From an uncultured Gemmatimonadaceae bacterium (GTDB lineage: Bacteria > Gemmatimonadota > Gemmatimonadetes > Gemmatimonadales > Gemmatimonadaceae): a DNA stretch of 64,000 nt. The notes beneath the pieces were generated by a model. That model ran no database searches, was not told where the DNA came from, and saw only the letters and a list, made by a program, of their open reading frames with translations. Below, piece by piece: positions 39,096 to 50,007 of this stretch. Position numbers and translations under genes: made by a program. Position 1 is the first letter of the stretch. Each line of letters opens with the position of its first letter. Location: assembly GCA_963761305.1 (NCBI GenBank), contig CAVXGK010000002.1:736001-800000 (forward strand), read 5' to 3'.

Positions 39096-40789
39096 CGTCG
39101 ACGCGAGACTTCACCCACCACGCGGCGGAGGACGACCGGGGCGAGCTCGATCGCCTGCGGGCGGAGCTCGCCGAGTGGCGTCGCCGATATGCCGCGGGCG
39201 AATTGCGCGACATCGCGTTCATGAATTCGGCGCGCGAAGTCGAGGCGTTCTACACGGCCCTCGACGTCGATCCGCAGACGGCCGACAACCTCGGCGTTCC
39301 CGGCACGTACCCGTTCACGCGCGGCATTCACCCGACGGGCTACCGCGGCAAGCTGTGGACGATGCGGCAGTTCGCCGGCTTCGGCAGCGCGCGCGATACG
39401 AACGCGCGCTTCAAGTTCCTGCTCGAGCACGGCCAAACGGGGCTCTCGACGGCGTTCGATTTCCCGACGCTCATGGGGTACGACTCCGACCATCCCCGCT
39501 CGCTCGGCGAAGTCGGCAAGACCGGCGTCGCGATCTCGAGCCTCGCCGACATGGAAGTGCTGTTCGACGGCATTCCGCTCGATCGTGTGTCGACGTCGAT
39601 GACGATCAACGGGCCGGCAATCATCGTCTGGGCGTTTTACGTGGCCGCGGCGGAGAAGCAGGGCGTTTCGTCGGACAAGCTGCGCGGCACGATTCAGAAC
39701 GACATCTTGAAAGAGTACATGGCGCAGCATGCGTGGTGCTTCCCGATCGAGCCCGCACTGCGTCTCATCGTCGACTGTTTCGAGTGGGGCGCGCAACACG
39801 CGCCGCTCTGGAATACGATCTCGATCTCCGGCTACCACATTCGCGAAGCGGGATCCACGGCAGCGCAGGAACTGGCGTTCACGCTCGCCGACGGCTTCAC
39901 GTACGTCGAGCGCGGCATCGCGCGCGGACTCGACGTCGACGATTTCGCGCCGCGCCTGTCGTTCTTCTGGGACATCCACAACGATTTCTTCGAGGAGATC
40001 GCCAAGCTCCGCGCGGCGCGCCGCATCTGGGCGCGCCACATGAAGGAGCGCTATCGCGCCCGCAGCCCGCGGTCGTGGATCATGCGATTCCACTCGCAGA
40101 CGGCCGGCGTCACGCTCACCGCGCAGCAGCCGATGAACAACGTCGTGCGCGTCGCCTATCAGGCGCTCGCCGCGGTCTTGGGCGGCACGCAGTCACTGCA
40201 CACCAACTCGATGGACGAGACGCTCGCGCTGCCGACGGAAGAAGCCGTGCAGGTCGCGCTGCGCACACAGCAGGTTCTCGCCTACGAAACCGGTGCGCCG
40301 AACGTCATCGATCCGCTCGGCGGCTCGTACTATGTCGAGGCGCTCACCGACCAGCTCGAGCGCGAAGCCGAGTCGCTCTTCGAGGAGATCGAGCAAGTGG
40401 GCGGCGTCGTGCGAGGACTCGAAACCGGCTGGTTCCAGCGCAAGATCGCCGAGTCGGCCGCCCGCCAGCAGTGGGAGATCGAGCAGCACCGTCGCGTGAT
40501 CGTGGGCGTGAACGAGTTCGTCACCAACGAACCCGAGCTCAGCATTCCGATTCTCAAGGTCGGCGCGGATGCGGAAGCGTCACAGCGCACGTCGATGGCC
40601 AAAATGCGCGCCGAGCGTGACAGCGCCGCGTGCACGGAAGCGCTCGACCGGCTTCGGACCGCGGCGAAGGGCAGCGAGAACGTGTTCCCGCACATCCTGG
40701 AGTGCGCGCGCCGGTACTGCACGCTGTACGAGATCCGCGCGGCGCTCGAAGACGTGTTCGGCGCGTACAGGGAGCCGGTCTTCTTCTAA
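39092..40789 (+). CDS. Adenosylcobalamin-dependent acyl-CoA mutase, large subunit (IcmA-like)
   Basis: [47 protein letters not shown]; no fused B12-binding domain. Confidence 0.92.
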   Translation: MTSTRDFTHHAAEDDRGELDRLRAELAEWRRRYAAGELRDIAFMNSAREVEAFYTALDVDPQTADNLGVPGTYPFTRGIHPTGYRGKLWTMRQFAGFGSARDTNARFKFLLEHGQTGLSTAFDFPTLMGYDSDHPRSLGEVGKTGVAISSLADMEVLFDGIPLDRVSTSMTINGPAIIVWAFYVAAAEKQGVSSDKLRGTIQNDILKEYMAQHAWCFPIEPALRLIVDCFEWGAQHAPLWNTISISGYHIREAGSTAAQELAFTLADGFTYVERGIARGLDVDDFAPRLSFFWDIHNDFFEEIAKLRAARRIWARHMKERYRARSPRSWIMRFHSQTAGVTLTAQQPMNNVVRVAYQALAAVLGGTQSLHTNSMDETLALPTEEAVQVALRTQQVLAYETGAPNVIDPLGGSYYVEALTDQLEREAESLFEEIEQVGGVVRGLETGWFQRKIAESAARQQWEIEQHRRVIVGVNEFVTNEPELSIPILKVGADAEASQRTSMAKMRAERDSAACTEALDRLRTAAKGSENVFPHILECARRYCTLYEIRAALEDVFGAYREPVFF

Positions 40790-40835
40790 GGACTGAGTGC
40801 GGCGTCAGAGTGCGGGCGAGCACCTTGTCGCCGAC

Positions 40836-41786
40836 TCAGGCGAGCTGATCGAAATACTGTTCGATTCGCCTCCGCATCGCCGCATCCGGCAAGCGACCGC
40901 GCGCCGCGGCGTTGTTGTCCTCGGCGTACGCCACCATGTCCGTGCCCGGAATGACGCACGTGACGGCGGGATTCGACACGATGTACTTGAGCAGAATCTG
41001 CGGCCACGTCTTGGCGTCGAACTCCGCGGCCCACGGGGGCACCGGCTTGCCGAGCACGCGTGGAAGAACACGCGTGCGGCCGAACGGCAGATTGATCAGC
41101 ACCGCCATGCCGAGGTCCGCCGCGGCCGGAATCAGCCGTTCCTGGGCGCTGCGATTGTCGACCGCGAGATCGACCTGGAGGAAGTCGAGCTTGTGCTTCC
41201 TCATGGCGTCCTCGAGCGGCGCGTACTGCGGTTTGAAGCTCGTGGTGAAGCCGGTGTAGCGAATTCGCTTCGAGGCCTTGAGCTCCCTGAGCAGCGGGGC
41301 GATCTCATCCGGGTTCGCCAGGTTCCAGATCTGCAGGAGATCGATCCGCTCGGTGCGCAGCCGCTTGAATGAATCGTCGATTTGCGCGGCAGCGGTGGCG
41401 CGGTCGTTGGCGGGGCGTCCGACCTTCGTCGCGAGAAAATATTTGTCGCGATTCCCAAGCTCGGCGAGCGCGTTGCCGACAACGATCTCCGCGTCTCCGT
41501 ACGAGTGAGCGGTGTCGAGCAACTTTCCGCCGAGCTCGGGAAAGCGCTTGAGAACCGCTTTGAGCTCCGGCAGTTGCTCCGGCGTCGGGTGCTCGTACTT
41601 CACCGCCGTGCCCATGCCGACGACGGGCAGCTTTTCGCCGCTCGAGGGGATCGCGCGCTCGATGAGGTCGGCGGCCGTCAGGCGCGAGGACGTCAACGTC
41701 AGGGCGGGAAGCCCGCGCGCGGAGAGCAGCGCGCCGGCGCCGAACTTGATGGCCTCGCGGCGGGTCAAGTGATGATCACGGGACAT
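40836..41786 (-). CDS. Tat-signal aldo/keto reductase
   Basis: TRREAIK twin-arginine signal; DTAHSYG, ATKV, LRTERIDLLQI, VIPG. Confidence 0.9.
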   Translation of the reverse strand: MSRDHHLTRREAIKFGAGALLSARGLPALTLTSSRLTAADLIERAIPSSGEKLPVVGMGTAVKYEHPTPEQLPELKAVLKRFPELGGKLLDTAHSYGDAEIVVGNALAELGNRDKYFLATKVGRPANDRATAAAQIDDSFKRLRTERIDLLQIWNLANPDEIAPLLRELKASKRIRYTGFTTSFKPQYAPLEDAMRKHKLDFLQVDLAVDNRSAQERLIPAAADLGMAVLINLPFGRTRVLPRVLGKPVPPWAAEFDAKTWPQILLKYIVSNPAVTCVIPGTDMVAYAEDNNAAARGRLPDAAMRRRIEQYFDQLA

Positions 41787-41987
41787 CGGCTCCTCCGGAG
41801 GATCGGGGCATGGCTTCAAGATGGCGAAGCCGAGCTGGTGAGCGGAATAACCGGTGCATCGTGATCGGACGGCCCGCAGCGGTGACAAAATAGGACCAAG
41901 GTCGTATCGTCACGCCCGAGACCGTCCCGCTACGCTCAACGTCTCTCCCGCGCACTTCGGGCGGCACATCTGATAAATGAGACGGCA

Positions 41988-44081
41988 GTGAATACGGCGC
42001 CCGGCACAGCATCGCTCGGGCTCTGGCGCGGCATGTTGCTGTTCGCGCCGATCGTCCTGCTCGGCCACATCGTCGGGGCGTCGCTTCGCTACCCACAAAT
42101 CGGAAGCGCCGTCGTTTTTCCGCCGTACGCTGCGCTGACCGCGGTGCTGCTCTTGTCGCCCCGACGCGACTGGGGATGGTACGTCGCCGTGGAGGTCGTG
42201 ACGCACTTCGCGGCGAGTTGGCCGAAGTGGAGCGCATCGTGGGTCCTCCTCGCCGCCGTCGCCAACATCGCGCGGTCACTCGTCGCGGTCGCGATGCTGC
42301 GTTGGGCATTCAAAGGCCCTCGACAGTTCGAGGACGTGCCTGGCCTCGCGCGGTTCCTGTTCGCGGCGGTGCTCGTGGCCCCCGCGGCCGGCGCAACCAT
42401 CGGCGCCATGAACGTCGTCATTCACTCCGCGCCGCAAACCTATTGGCGGACGTGGGTCGAATGGTTCCTGTCCAACGCCCTCACCGGGCTCACGATTCTT
42501 CCCGCGCTGATGCTCGGCGCGACGTACGTCGCGCAGTCACGCCGCCCGCGCGTGAGCCGGGCGCAGCTCGTGGAACTCGCCGCGATCGCGGCATCATTGG
42601 TCCTGAGCTGCATCGTGGCCTTCCTGGTTCCCACCGGCAGCCGGTGGGAACTCGCGTTACGACTGTACGCGCCGTTGCCGGTGCTGATCTGGATGGCGCT
42701 TCGTTTCGGAACGGGAGCGGTCTCGCTGGGATTGACGGCCATCACGTTCGGTGCGATCTGGAGCGCCGATCGCGAGGCGGGACTGTTCTCGGCCGCGACG
42801 CCCGATGAGAACGTGCTGGTCCTCCAGCTGTTCGTGGCCGTCACGGCCGTCCCCGTGCTCTGCATCGCCGCCGTGAGCTCCGCGCGACGCGGTGTGGTGC
42901 AACTGCATGGCGCGCTGCTGGCCTCTCTCCAGGATCATGTGGCGATTCTTGACGCGGCAGGCAGCGTGGTCGAAGTCAACGGATCGTGGCGCCGCTTCGC
43001 GCACTCGTCGGCAGCGGTGGGCTTTCACCGTGTGCTGGTGGGCGCGAATTACCTGGACGCGTGTCGTCTCAGCGCCGATCGCGGCGACCCGATTGCCACG
43101 CGGGCGTTGGCGGGGGTGGCGCGCGTGCTGGCCCGCGAGGCCACTCGTGTCGAGATGGAGTACGACGATCACCTCCGCGGCCATCGACGCTACGCTCTGA
43201 GCTTCGAACCGCTCGAGGGCGGAGAGGGCGGCGCCGTCGTCACGCGTGCCGACGTGACGGCACGGTATCAGACGCAAATGCAGATGGAAGAGCAGCGACG
43301 CGAGCTGTCGCACCTCGCCCGCGTCACGGCCCTCGGCCAGCTCTCCGGGGCGCTGGCGCACGAGCTCAACCAGCCGTTGACGTCGATCTCCAACAACGCC
43401 GAGGCGGCGCGTCATCTGCTCAAACGCCATCCCCTCGACTTTCGCGAGATCGATGCGGCGTTGGGCGACATCTTGGCGCAGGATCAGCGCGCGGCGCAGG
43501 TCATCAAGCGTTTGCGCGCACTACTCGCTCGTGGGGAGACGCGCGTCCTCCCGCTCGACGCGGCCGAGTTGGTGGCCGACGTACTCGAGTTGGCGCACGC
43601 CGAGCTGATCAGTCGCGGCGTGTCCGCGTCGGCGGTGGTCTCGCGCGATTTGCCCGCGGTCCTTGCCGACCGCATCCAGGTCCAGCAAGTATTGCTCAAT
43701 CTCATCCTCAACGCGTGTGAGGCGATGCAAGCCGATGGCAGGCACCCGCGCCGGTTGTCGCTCATCGTCGTCGCGGACGCGAGCAACCACATACGTTTCT
43801 CGGTTCGGGATTCCGGCTCCGGCATTCCCGCCTCACTCAGCGATCACTTGTTCGAGCCTTTCGTGACGACGAAGAAAGAAGGCCTCGGCCTGGGTCTCTC
43901 GATTTCACGGACGATCGTCGCCGCGCACGGCGGCCGGATCTGGGCCGAGAACAACGCGGACGGCGGGGCGACCCTCCACTGCGTGTTCCCGAGCGCCAAA
44001 GTGCGAGGGTGCGGCGACGACTCACACCGAGGCGGCGCGGATCGCGCGCGGGCCGCCGGCAATCTGGCGGCATCGGCCTGA
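41988..44081 (+). CDS. MASE1-PAS sensor histidine kinase (FixL-like core)
   Basis: Polytopic N-terminus; LAHELNQPL, QVLLNLILNA, DSGSGI, PFVTTK, GLGLGL. Confidence 0.92.
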   Translation: MNTAPGTASLGLWRGMLLFAPIVLLGHIVGASLRYPQIGSAVVFPPYAALTAVLLLSPRRDWGWYVAVEVVTHFAASWPKWSASWVLLAAVANIARSLVAVAMLRWAFKGPRQFEDVPGLARFLFAAVLVAPAAGATIGAMNVVIHSAPQTYWRTWVEWFLSNALTGLTILPALMLGATYVAQSRRPRVSRAQLVELAAIAASLVLSCIVAFLVPTGSRWELALRLYAPLPVLIWMALRFGTGAVSLGLTAITFGAIWSADREAGLFSAATPDENVLVLQLFVAVTAVPVLCIAAVSSARRGVVQLHGALLASLQDHVAILDAAGSVVEVNGSWRRFAHSSAAVGFHRVLVGANYLDACRLSADRGDPIATRALAGVARVLAREATRVEMEYDDHLRGHRRYALSFEPLEGGEGGAVVTRADVTARYQTQMQMEEQRRELSHLARVTALGQLSGALAHELNQPLTSISNNAEAARHLLKRHPLDFREIDAALGDILAQDQRAAQVIKRLRALLARGETRVLPLDAAELVADVLELAHAELISRGVSASAVVSRDLPAVLADRIQVQQVLLNLILNACEAMQADGRHPRRLSLIVVADASNHIRFSVRDSGSGIPASLSDHLFEPFVTTKKEGLGLGLSISRTIVAAHGGRIWAENNADGGATLHCVFPSAKVRGCGDDSHRGGADRARAAGNLAASA

Positions 44082-44524
44082 TGGACATGCCCCCGCCGAG
44101 GGTCTCGGTCGCGATCGTCGACGACGAGGAGTCCGTGCGCGTCAGCCTGCGACGGCTGTGTCACGCGCTCGGTCTCGACGCGACGGTGTTCGCATCGGGC
44201 CTCGAGCTTATCGATTTCCTCGAGGCGGGGGGGCGGGCGCCCGACTGCCTGTTGCTCGACGCGCACATGCCGGACATGACCGGCCTCGAGGTTCAGCATC
44301 GACTCGTGAACCGCGGGGAACGTTTCCCGGTCCTCATCTACACGGCCGACGACGCTCCCGAGGCGCAGGCGCGCTACCTCGCCGCCGGAGCCAGCGCCTA
44401 TTTGCGGAAGCCGCTCGGCAGCGACGAGTTGTTCGCGGCCGTCGCGCGCGCGATGAAGGGCATTCGCGCCGCGGCGACACCCACGTTCGCGCCGGGGCAG
44501 CGCCAGACGGTCGAGCGTTCCTGA
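44081..44524 (+). CDS. Single-domain response regulator
   Basis: IVDD, LLLDAHMPDMTG, YLRKP. Confidence 0.9.
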   Translation: MDMPPPRVSVAIVDDEESVRVSLRRLCHALGLDATVFASGLELIDFLEAGGRAPDCLLLDAHMPDMTGLEVQHRLVNRGERFPVLIYTADDAPEAQARYLAAGASAYLRKPLGSDELFAAVARAMKGIRAAATPTFAPGQRQTVERS

Positions 44525-44545
44525 CGAGCCGCTAGCTTTGCGCGC

Positions 44546-45355
44546 ATGGCGAGCGCGGACTGGTGGACCGACTATTTCGACGCGCAGTACCTGCTCGAGT
44601 ACGAACCGCTGTTCTCTCCGGAGCGCGACCGCCGGGAGGTCGCGCGTCTCGTCGACGTGCTCGGCGTGCCGTCGGGGGCGCGAATTCTCGACGTTCCGTG
44701 CGGACAGGGGCGCCACGCCCATTTGCTCGCCGAAGCCGGCTTCGACGTCGACGGGTTCGACTACTCGGCCGATCTCCTGGCGCGCGCGCGCAAGCGCGGG
44801 ATGTCGTCGAGGCTTCGCTACCACCGCGGCGACATGCGATCGTTGCCGCCGGCGTGGACCGGTCGGTTCGACGTCGTTCTGAATCTCTTCACGTCGTTCG
44901 GTTTCTTCGCCGAACCAGCCGACGACCGTCGCGTGCTCGCGGAGTTCGCGCGCGTGCTCGTGCCCGGCGGTGTGCTCGTGTGGCACGGCGCGAGTCGAGA
45001 TGGCGTGATGGCCCGATTCCTCGGCCGCGATTGGTGGCAGACGAGCAACGGCACGCTCGTCGCCCACGAGCGGTCGTTCGACGCGCTTTCGGGAATCCTC
45101 ACCGTCAACACCGTCTGGGCGGGCGAAGACAATCGAGGCGAACGGGTGCATCGCATCCGCTTGTACTCGCCGACGCGTCTGGCCGAGCTGTGCGCCGATG
45201 TCGGGCTCATCGTCGAGCAGTCGTTCGACAGCTTTCGCGACCGTCCGCTCACGCGGCGCTCGAGCGAAATGATGCTCGTCGCCCGAAAAGACGATGGGTC
45301 TCACGCGCCGCGAGCCACGTTTCGTCCGTTGCCGCGACCGCGCCGCCGCCGCTAG
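44546..45355 (+). CDS. Class I SAM-dependent methyltransferase
   Basis: ILDVPCGQGRH, GDMR, FTSFGFF, LVPGG. Confidence 0.9.
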   Translation: MASADWWTDYFDAQYLLEYEPLFSPERDRREVARLVDVLGVPSGARILDVPCGQGRHAHLLAEAGFDVDGFDYSADLLARARKRGMSSRLRYHRGDMRSLPPAWTGRFDVVLNLFTSFGFFAEPADDRRVLAEFARVLVPGGVLVWHGASRDGVMARFLGRDWWQTSNGTLVAHERSFDALSGILTVNTVWAGEDNRGERVHRIRLYSPTRLAELCADVGLIVEQSFDSFRDRPLTRRSSEMMLVARKDDGSHAPRATFRPLPRPRRRR

Positions 45356-45367
45356 CTTGAGAGCGCC

Positions 45368-45787
45368 ATGCGTCCCATTCGAGTTTTAGTAGCCAAGCCC
45401 GGCCTCGACGGCCACGATCGCGGCGCGAAAGTCGTCGCGGCCGCGCTCCGCGACGCGGGGATGGAAGTCATCTACACGGGTCTCCATCAGACGCCCGAGA
45501 TGATCGCCACCGCCGCCGTGCAGGAAGACGTCGATGTCGTCGGCCTGTCGATACTTAGCGGCGCCCACATGACGTTGTTTCCGCGGGTCCGCGAGCTGCT
45601 CCACGAGCAGGGCCGCGACGACATCCTTGTCACGGGCGGCGGCATCATCCCACGCGAGGACATGGATTCGCTCAAGGAGCAGGGCATCGGCCAGCTGTTC
45701 GGCCCCGGGACGAAGACGACCGATCTGATCGACTACATCAAGAAATGGTTCGCCGAGCGCGAGGAACGGCTCGGGCAGGAAGCGTGA
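45368..45787 (+). CDS. Acyl-CoA mutase small cobalamin-binding subunit
   Basis: GLDGHDRG (DxHxxG), GLSILSG, GGGII. Confidence 0.95.
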   Translation: MRPIRVLVAKPGLDGHDRGAKVVAAALRDAGMEVIYTGLHQTPEMIATAAVQEDVDVVGLSILSGAHMTLFPRVRELLHEQGRDDILVTGGGIIPREDMDSLKEQGIGQLFGPGTKTTDLIDYIKKWFAEREERLGQEA

Positions 45788-47394
45788 CGATCTCACGACT
45801 TCGCCACCTCAGCGCGGAAGTCCGGGAGCTCGAAGCACGGCTCAGGGAAGGCGGCGGAGCGGAGAAGGTCGCCCGCCAACACGCGCAGGGGAAACTCACC
45901 GCCCGCGAGCGCATCGAGCGCCTGTGCGATCCCGGTTCGCGTTTCGTCGAGATCGGCCTGCTCGTTGCCTACGACGAATACGAGGGGCAGGCGCCGGCCG
46001 CGGGCGTCGTCACCGGCATCGCCACCGTCTCTGACCGCCAGGTCGTCGTCGTCGCGAACGACGCGACCGTCAAAGCCGGTTCCTGGTGGCCCGAGACGAT
46101 CAAGAAAATGCTGCGCGCGCAGGAGATCGCGATGCGCTGCCGCATCCCGATCATCTATCTCGTCGACTCCTCGGGCGTGAACCTGCCGTATCAGGGCGGC
46201 GTATTTCCCGGACAGTACGGTGCGAGCCGCCTCTTCTATTACAACTCCATCATGCGGCGATATCTGCGGATTCCGCAGATCGCCGCGGTGATGGGCCCGT
46301 GCATCGCCGGCGGCGCGTATCTGCCCGCGCTCTCCGACGTCATCGTGATGGTGAAAGGCACGTCGTTCATGGGACTCGGCGGACCGAATCTCGTGAAGGG
46401 CGCGACCGGACAAGTGATCGACGCCGAGACGCTCGGCGGCGCGGTCACGCACACGGAAGTGAGCGGCGTGGCGCACTACGCAGCGGACGACGACGCGTCG
46501 TGCCTCGCCAAGCTGCGCGATCTCGTGGCGCGGCTTCCCAAACAGAAGCGAGCGGGTAACGGCGTCGTCGGCCCGACGGGCAAAGCCGACGCGCTCTACG
46601 ATCTGCTGCCCACGGACCACCGGATGTCGTACGACGTGCATGCGCTGTTGCGTGCGTTGGTGGACGGCGGCCAGCTCGACGAATTCCAGGGCGGCCTCGC
46701 ACGGGAGATGATCTGCGCCGACGCGCGGATCGACGGCGTTCCGGTCGGCGTGATCGCCAACGAGCGCGGTCTCATCAAGGGACGCGCCGGCGAAAAGCCG
46801 CGCTTCGGCGGCATCGTGTACACGGAGAGCGCCGAGAAAGTCGCGTACTTCATCGACCGCTGCGACCGCGAGCGAATTCCGCTGCTCTTCGTGCAGGACG
46901 TGTCCGGCTTCATGGTCGGACCCGAAGCCGAGCACGAAGGGATCATTCGCGCCGGCGCGCGCTTCGTCGAAGCGATGGCGACGGCGCGCGTGCCGAAGAT
47001 CGTGTTGACGGTCAACCACGCCTCCGGCGCGGGCTACTACGCCATGGCCGGGCAGGGCTTCGATCCGGATTTCATCTTCAGTTGGCCGACGGGTCGCATG
47101 GCGGTGATGGAGGGCGAGGCCGCGGTGCAAGCGGTGCACGGTCCGTCAATCGAGAAGGCCAAAGCCAAAAAGACCGAGGTCTCGTCCGACACGGCCGAGG
47201 CGATCGCCGAGATGCGTGCCGACTACGAGCACCAGCTCGACGCGCGCTTCGCCGGCGCTCGCGGCTTCATCGACGCCATTGTCTACCCCGAGGACACGCG
47301 CGACGTGATCGCCCTGGCGCTGCGCGCCGCGCTGCAAAATCGTGGGCCCCACCTCGGCCCGTTCGTTCTTCCCGCACACTTCGACGACGCATGA
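45784..47394 (+). CDS. Acyl-CoA carboxylase carboxyltransferase subunit (MCC/geranyl-CoA carboxylase-like)
   Basis: [42 protein letters not shown]. Confidence 0.9.
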   Translation: MTISRLRHLSAEVRELEARLREGGGAEKVARQHAQGKLTARERIERLCDPGSRFVEIGLLVAYDEYEGQAPAAGVVTGIATVSDRQVVVVANDATVKAGSWWPETIKKMLRAQEIAMRCRIPIIYLVDSSGVNLPYQGGVFPGQYGASRLFYYNSIMRRYLRIPQIAAVMGPCIAGGAYLPALSDVIVMVKGTSFMGLGGPNLVKGATGQVIDAETLGGAVTHTEVSGVAHYAADDDASCLAKLRDLVARLPKQKRAGNGVVGPTGKADALYDLLPTDHRMSYDVHALLRALVDGGQLDEFQGGLAREMICADARIDGVPVGVIANERGLIKGRAGEKPRFGGIVYTESAEKVAYFIDRCDRERIPLLFVQDVSGFMVGPEAEHEGIIRAGARFVEAMATARVPKIVLTVNHASGAGYYAMAGQGFDPDFIFSWPTGRMAVMEGEAAVQAVHGPSIEKAKAKKTEVSSDTAEAIAEMRADYEHQLDARFAGARGFIDAIVYPEDTRDVIALALRAALQNRGPHLGPFVLPAHFDDA

Positions 47395-48791
47395 CCGCAC
47401 CGACGCAGATGTTCACGCGGGTGGCCCGACCGACCAAAGTGGTTCGGGTCGCCGCCGGACAGGGATTCTGGGGCGACTGGCTCGAGGCGCCGCGGCGGCA
47501 GGTCGAGGGTGGTCCGATCGACTACCTGATGCTCGACTACCTCGCGGAAGTCACGATGAGCATTCTGCAAAAGCAGAAAGAGCGCGACCCGAACATGGGG
47601 TACGCGCGCGACTTCGTGGGAGCGGTGGAGAGCGTGCTGGCCGGCGTCGCCGAGCGCGGCGTGCGCGTGATCGCCAACGCGGGCGGCGTGAATCCGCCGG
47701 CTTGCGCGGCGGCGGTGAGGCAGGTGGCGGTGAAGCACGGCGTGTCGGATCGCGTGCGCCTCGGCGTCGTCACGGGCGACGATTTGCTGCCGCGGCTGGA
47801 CGAACTGCTGTCGCAGGGGCACGCGCTCGCCAACATGGACACCGGCGAGCCGCTCTCCACGGTGCGCGATCGCGTGCTGTCGGCCAACGCGTACATCGGT
47901 TCGGTGCCGATCGTCGAAGCGTTGTCGCGCGGCGCGAACATCGTGATCACCGGCCGCTCGACCGACACCGCGCTCACGATGGCGCCGCTCCGTTTCGAGT
48001 TCGGCTGGCGGGCCGATGATTGGGACCGGCTCGCGGCGGGCATCATCGCGGGACACATCATCGAGTGCGGCGCGCAATGCTCGGGCGGCAACTGCCTCTA
48101 CGATTGGAAGAACATCCCCGACTTGGCGAACGTCGGCTATCCGATCGTCGAAGGCTCCGCCGACGGGACGTTCGTCATCGCCAAGCACCCGAACACCGGC
48201 GGCCGGATCTCGGTGCAGTCGGTCTCCGAACAGTTGGTCTACGAGATGGGCGACCCGCACTCGTACATCACGCCCGACGTCGTCGCCGACTTCACCACGA
48301 TTCGACTCGAGGCGGCGGGTGAGGACCGCGTGCGTGTGTTCGGCATCAAGGGCCGCCCGCCGACCGACAAGCTCAAAGTCTCGATCGCGTACCGCGCGGG
48401 ATTCAAGGCCGTCGGCACGCTGGTGTACGCGTGGCCGGACGCTCTCGCCAAGGCGCAGTCGGCCGACCGCGTGCTGCGCGAGCGCCTCGACCGGCTCGGC
48501 CTCGAGTTCGACTCGATCCTCACGGAATTCGTCGGCGCGTCGGCGACGCACGGCCGCCTTGCCGGCGACCCGCATGACCCGCCCGAAGTGCAGTTCCGCA
48601 TCGGCGTGCGCGGCGAAGATCGCGCCGCCGTCGAGCGGTTCACGCGCGAGATCGTGCCGCTCGTCCTCAACGGTCCGCCGACGGTGACGGGATTCGCCGG
48701 CGGACGGCCGAAAGTGGAGGAGATCGTGGCCTACTGGCCGGCGCTCATCGACAAACAGGTCGTGCGGACCAAGGTCGAGGTGCTCTCGTGA
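47391..48791 (+). CDS. AtuA (DUF1446) family protein, N-terminal part
   Basis: [51 protein letters not shown]. Confidence 0.9.
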   Translation: MTAPTQMFTRVARPTKVVRVAAGQGFWGDWLEAPRRQVEGGPIDYLMLDYLAEVTMSILQKQKERDPNMGYARDFVGAVESVLAGVAERGVRVIANAGGVNPPACAAAVRQVAVKHGVSDRVRLGVVTGDDLLPRLDELLSQGHALANMDTGEPLSTVRDRVLSANAYIGSVPIVEALSRGANIVITGRSTDTALTMAPLRFEFGWRADDWDRLAAGIIAGHIIECGAQCSGGNCLYDWKNIPDLANVGYPIVEGSADGTFVIAKHPNTGGRISVQSVSEQLVYEMGDPHSYITPDVVADFTTIRLEAAGEDRVRVFGIKGRPPTDKLKVSIAYRAGFKAVGTLVYAWPDALAKAQSADRVLRERLDRLGLEFDSILTEFVGASATHGRLAGDPHDPPEVQFRIGVRGEDRAAVERFTREIVPLVLNGPPTVTGFAGGRPKVEEIVAYWPALIDKQVVRTKVEVLS

Positions 48792-49144
48792 AAGTGCGAC
48801 TGGTCGACATCGCGCACGCACGCTCCGGCGACAAGGGCGACACGGCCAACGTCGGCGTGATCGCCCTCGAGGCGCGGTGGTATCCGGTGCTCGAGCGGTA
48901 CCTCACTCGCGAGCGAGTCGCACAGCATTTCGCCGGGCTCATCACGGGCAGCGTCGAGCGATATGAACTTCCGAATCTCAACGCGCTCAACTTCCTGCTC
49001 CACGGCGCGCTCGACGGCGGCGGCACGTTGTCGCTCAAGACCGACGCGCAGGGGAAGGTGTTCTCTACCGCGCTACTGCGCTTGGTTCTGGACGTGCCCG
49101 ACGCCGACGCCCGCGCCGCGGGCTTGACGTCGGAGTCCAGGTAA
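48788..49144 (+). CDS. AtuA C-terminal-like small protein
   Basis: [24 protein letters not shown]. Confidence 0.88.
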   Translation: MKVRLVDIAHARSGDKGDTANVGVIALEARWYPVLERYLTRERVAQHFAGLITGSVERYELPNLNALNFLLHGALDGGGTLSLKTDAQGKVFSTALLRLVLDVPDADARAAGLTSESR

Positions 49145-49187
49145 GTCCGCTCGGCGATTCCACGGAGCGGACCACCACGCCGCGCCT

Positions 49188-49640
49188 CTATTTGCCCATC
49201 GCCGCTCCGAGTCGCACCACGACATGAAGCGTGCTATCCGCAAAAACCCCGGTTGCTCGACTCTGATCGGGATCTCGCGCGTAGAAGATCGATCCCACGC
49301 GCAACACCGCGAGCCTGGTGGTCGACGAAACAACGTGATCGAGTTGCGACGCCAGGCGCCTGCACACCGTACCATCGCTGACCGGCGACACGGTGACCTG
49401 GCCGGGTGAGTCGGGAATGCCCTGCTCGTGCCGGAGCTCGGCAATGAGCCGGCTGTCGCTGAACAAGATGTCCGCGACGTCCGCGCGAGCGCTGTCGAGA
49501 ACCGGCGCGGTCAGAGCACAGGGCTCCTGCTCGCGCACTTTGAGATCGGCGAACGCCCCGCGACTATCCTGCGCCGCGGCCACACTACTACCGACGGCAG
49601 AGATTGCCAACGATGCTACGAGCGCGACAGTCAGCTTCAT
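49188..49640 (-). CDS. Secreted hypothetical protein
   Basis: Signal peptide MKLTVALVASLAISAVGSSVAAAQ; two Cys. Confidence 0.6.
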   Translation of the reverse strand: MKLTVALVASLAISAVGSSVAAAQDSRGAFADLKVREQEPCALTAPVLDSARADVADILFSDSRLIAELRHEQGIPDSPGQVTVSPVSDGTVCRRLASQLDHVVSSTTRLAVLRVGSIFYARDPDQSRATGVFADSTLHVVVRLGAAMGK

Positions 49641-49781
49641 AATGGCCCTAATCCGGGACAGAGTCAGATGGCTGACTCGCAAGCCGAAGGCCGAGTCGGT
49701 GTGGGATGCGTCACTGTTCGTGCCCGATGGGCGCCGTTGGCCCGATTACTCGGCGCCAAATAGTCCGCTAACGTTCGCGGC

Positions 49782-49952
49782 GTGATCGAGATCAAGCGGC
49801 GCACCGAGATTCAGCTCGTGCTCGCGGCGATCGGGCTCGTCGTCTGGGGCTACGGCGCGCGCGCCGAAGATCCGCGGCGGCAGTGGATCGGCATCGGCTT
49901 CTTCGCCGCGGCGGCGGCGCTGAGGTTCTTCAAGAAGCGACCGGAAGGATAG
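49782..49952 (+). CDS. Small two-TM membrane protein (56 aa), not in ORF track
   Basis: MIEIKRRTEIQLVLAAIGLVVWGYGARAEDPRRQWIGIGFFAAAAALRFFKKRPEG; GC-rich third positions; TAACGT -10 lies 7 nt before the GTG. Confidence 0.65.
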   Translation: MIEIKRRTEIQLVLAAIGLVVWGYGARAEDPRRQWIGIGFFAAAAALRFFKKRPEG

Positions 49953-50007
49953 GTCTCCGCATTCCGCCACCGCACTCGTTCCGCCATGGGCTTATTCTTC
50001 TACGGCT

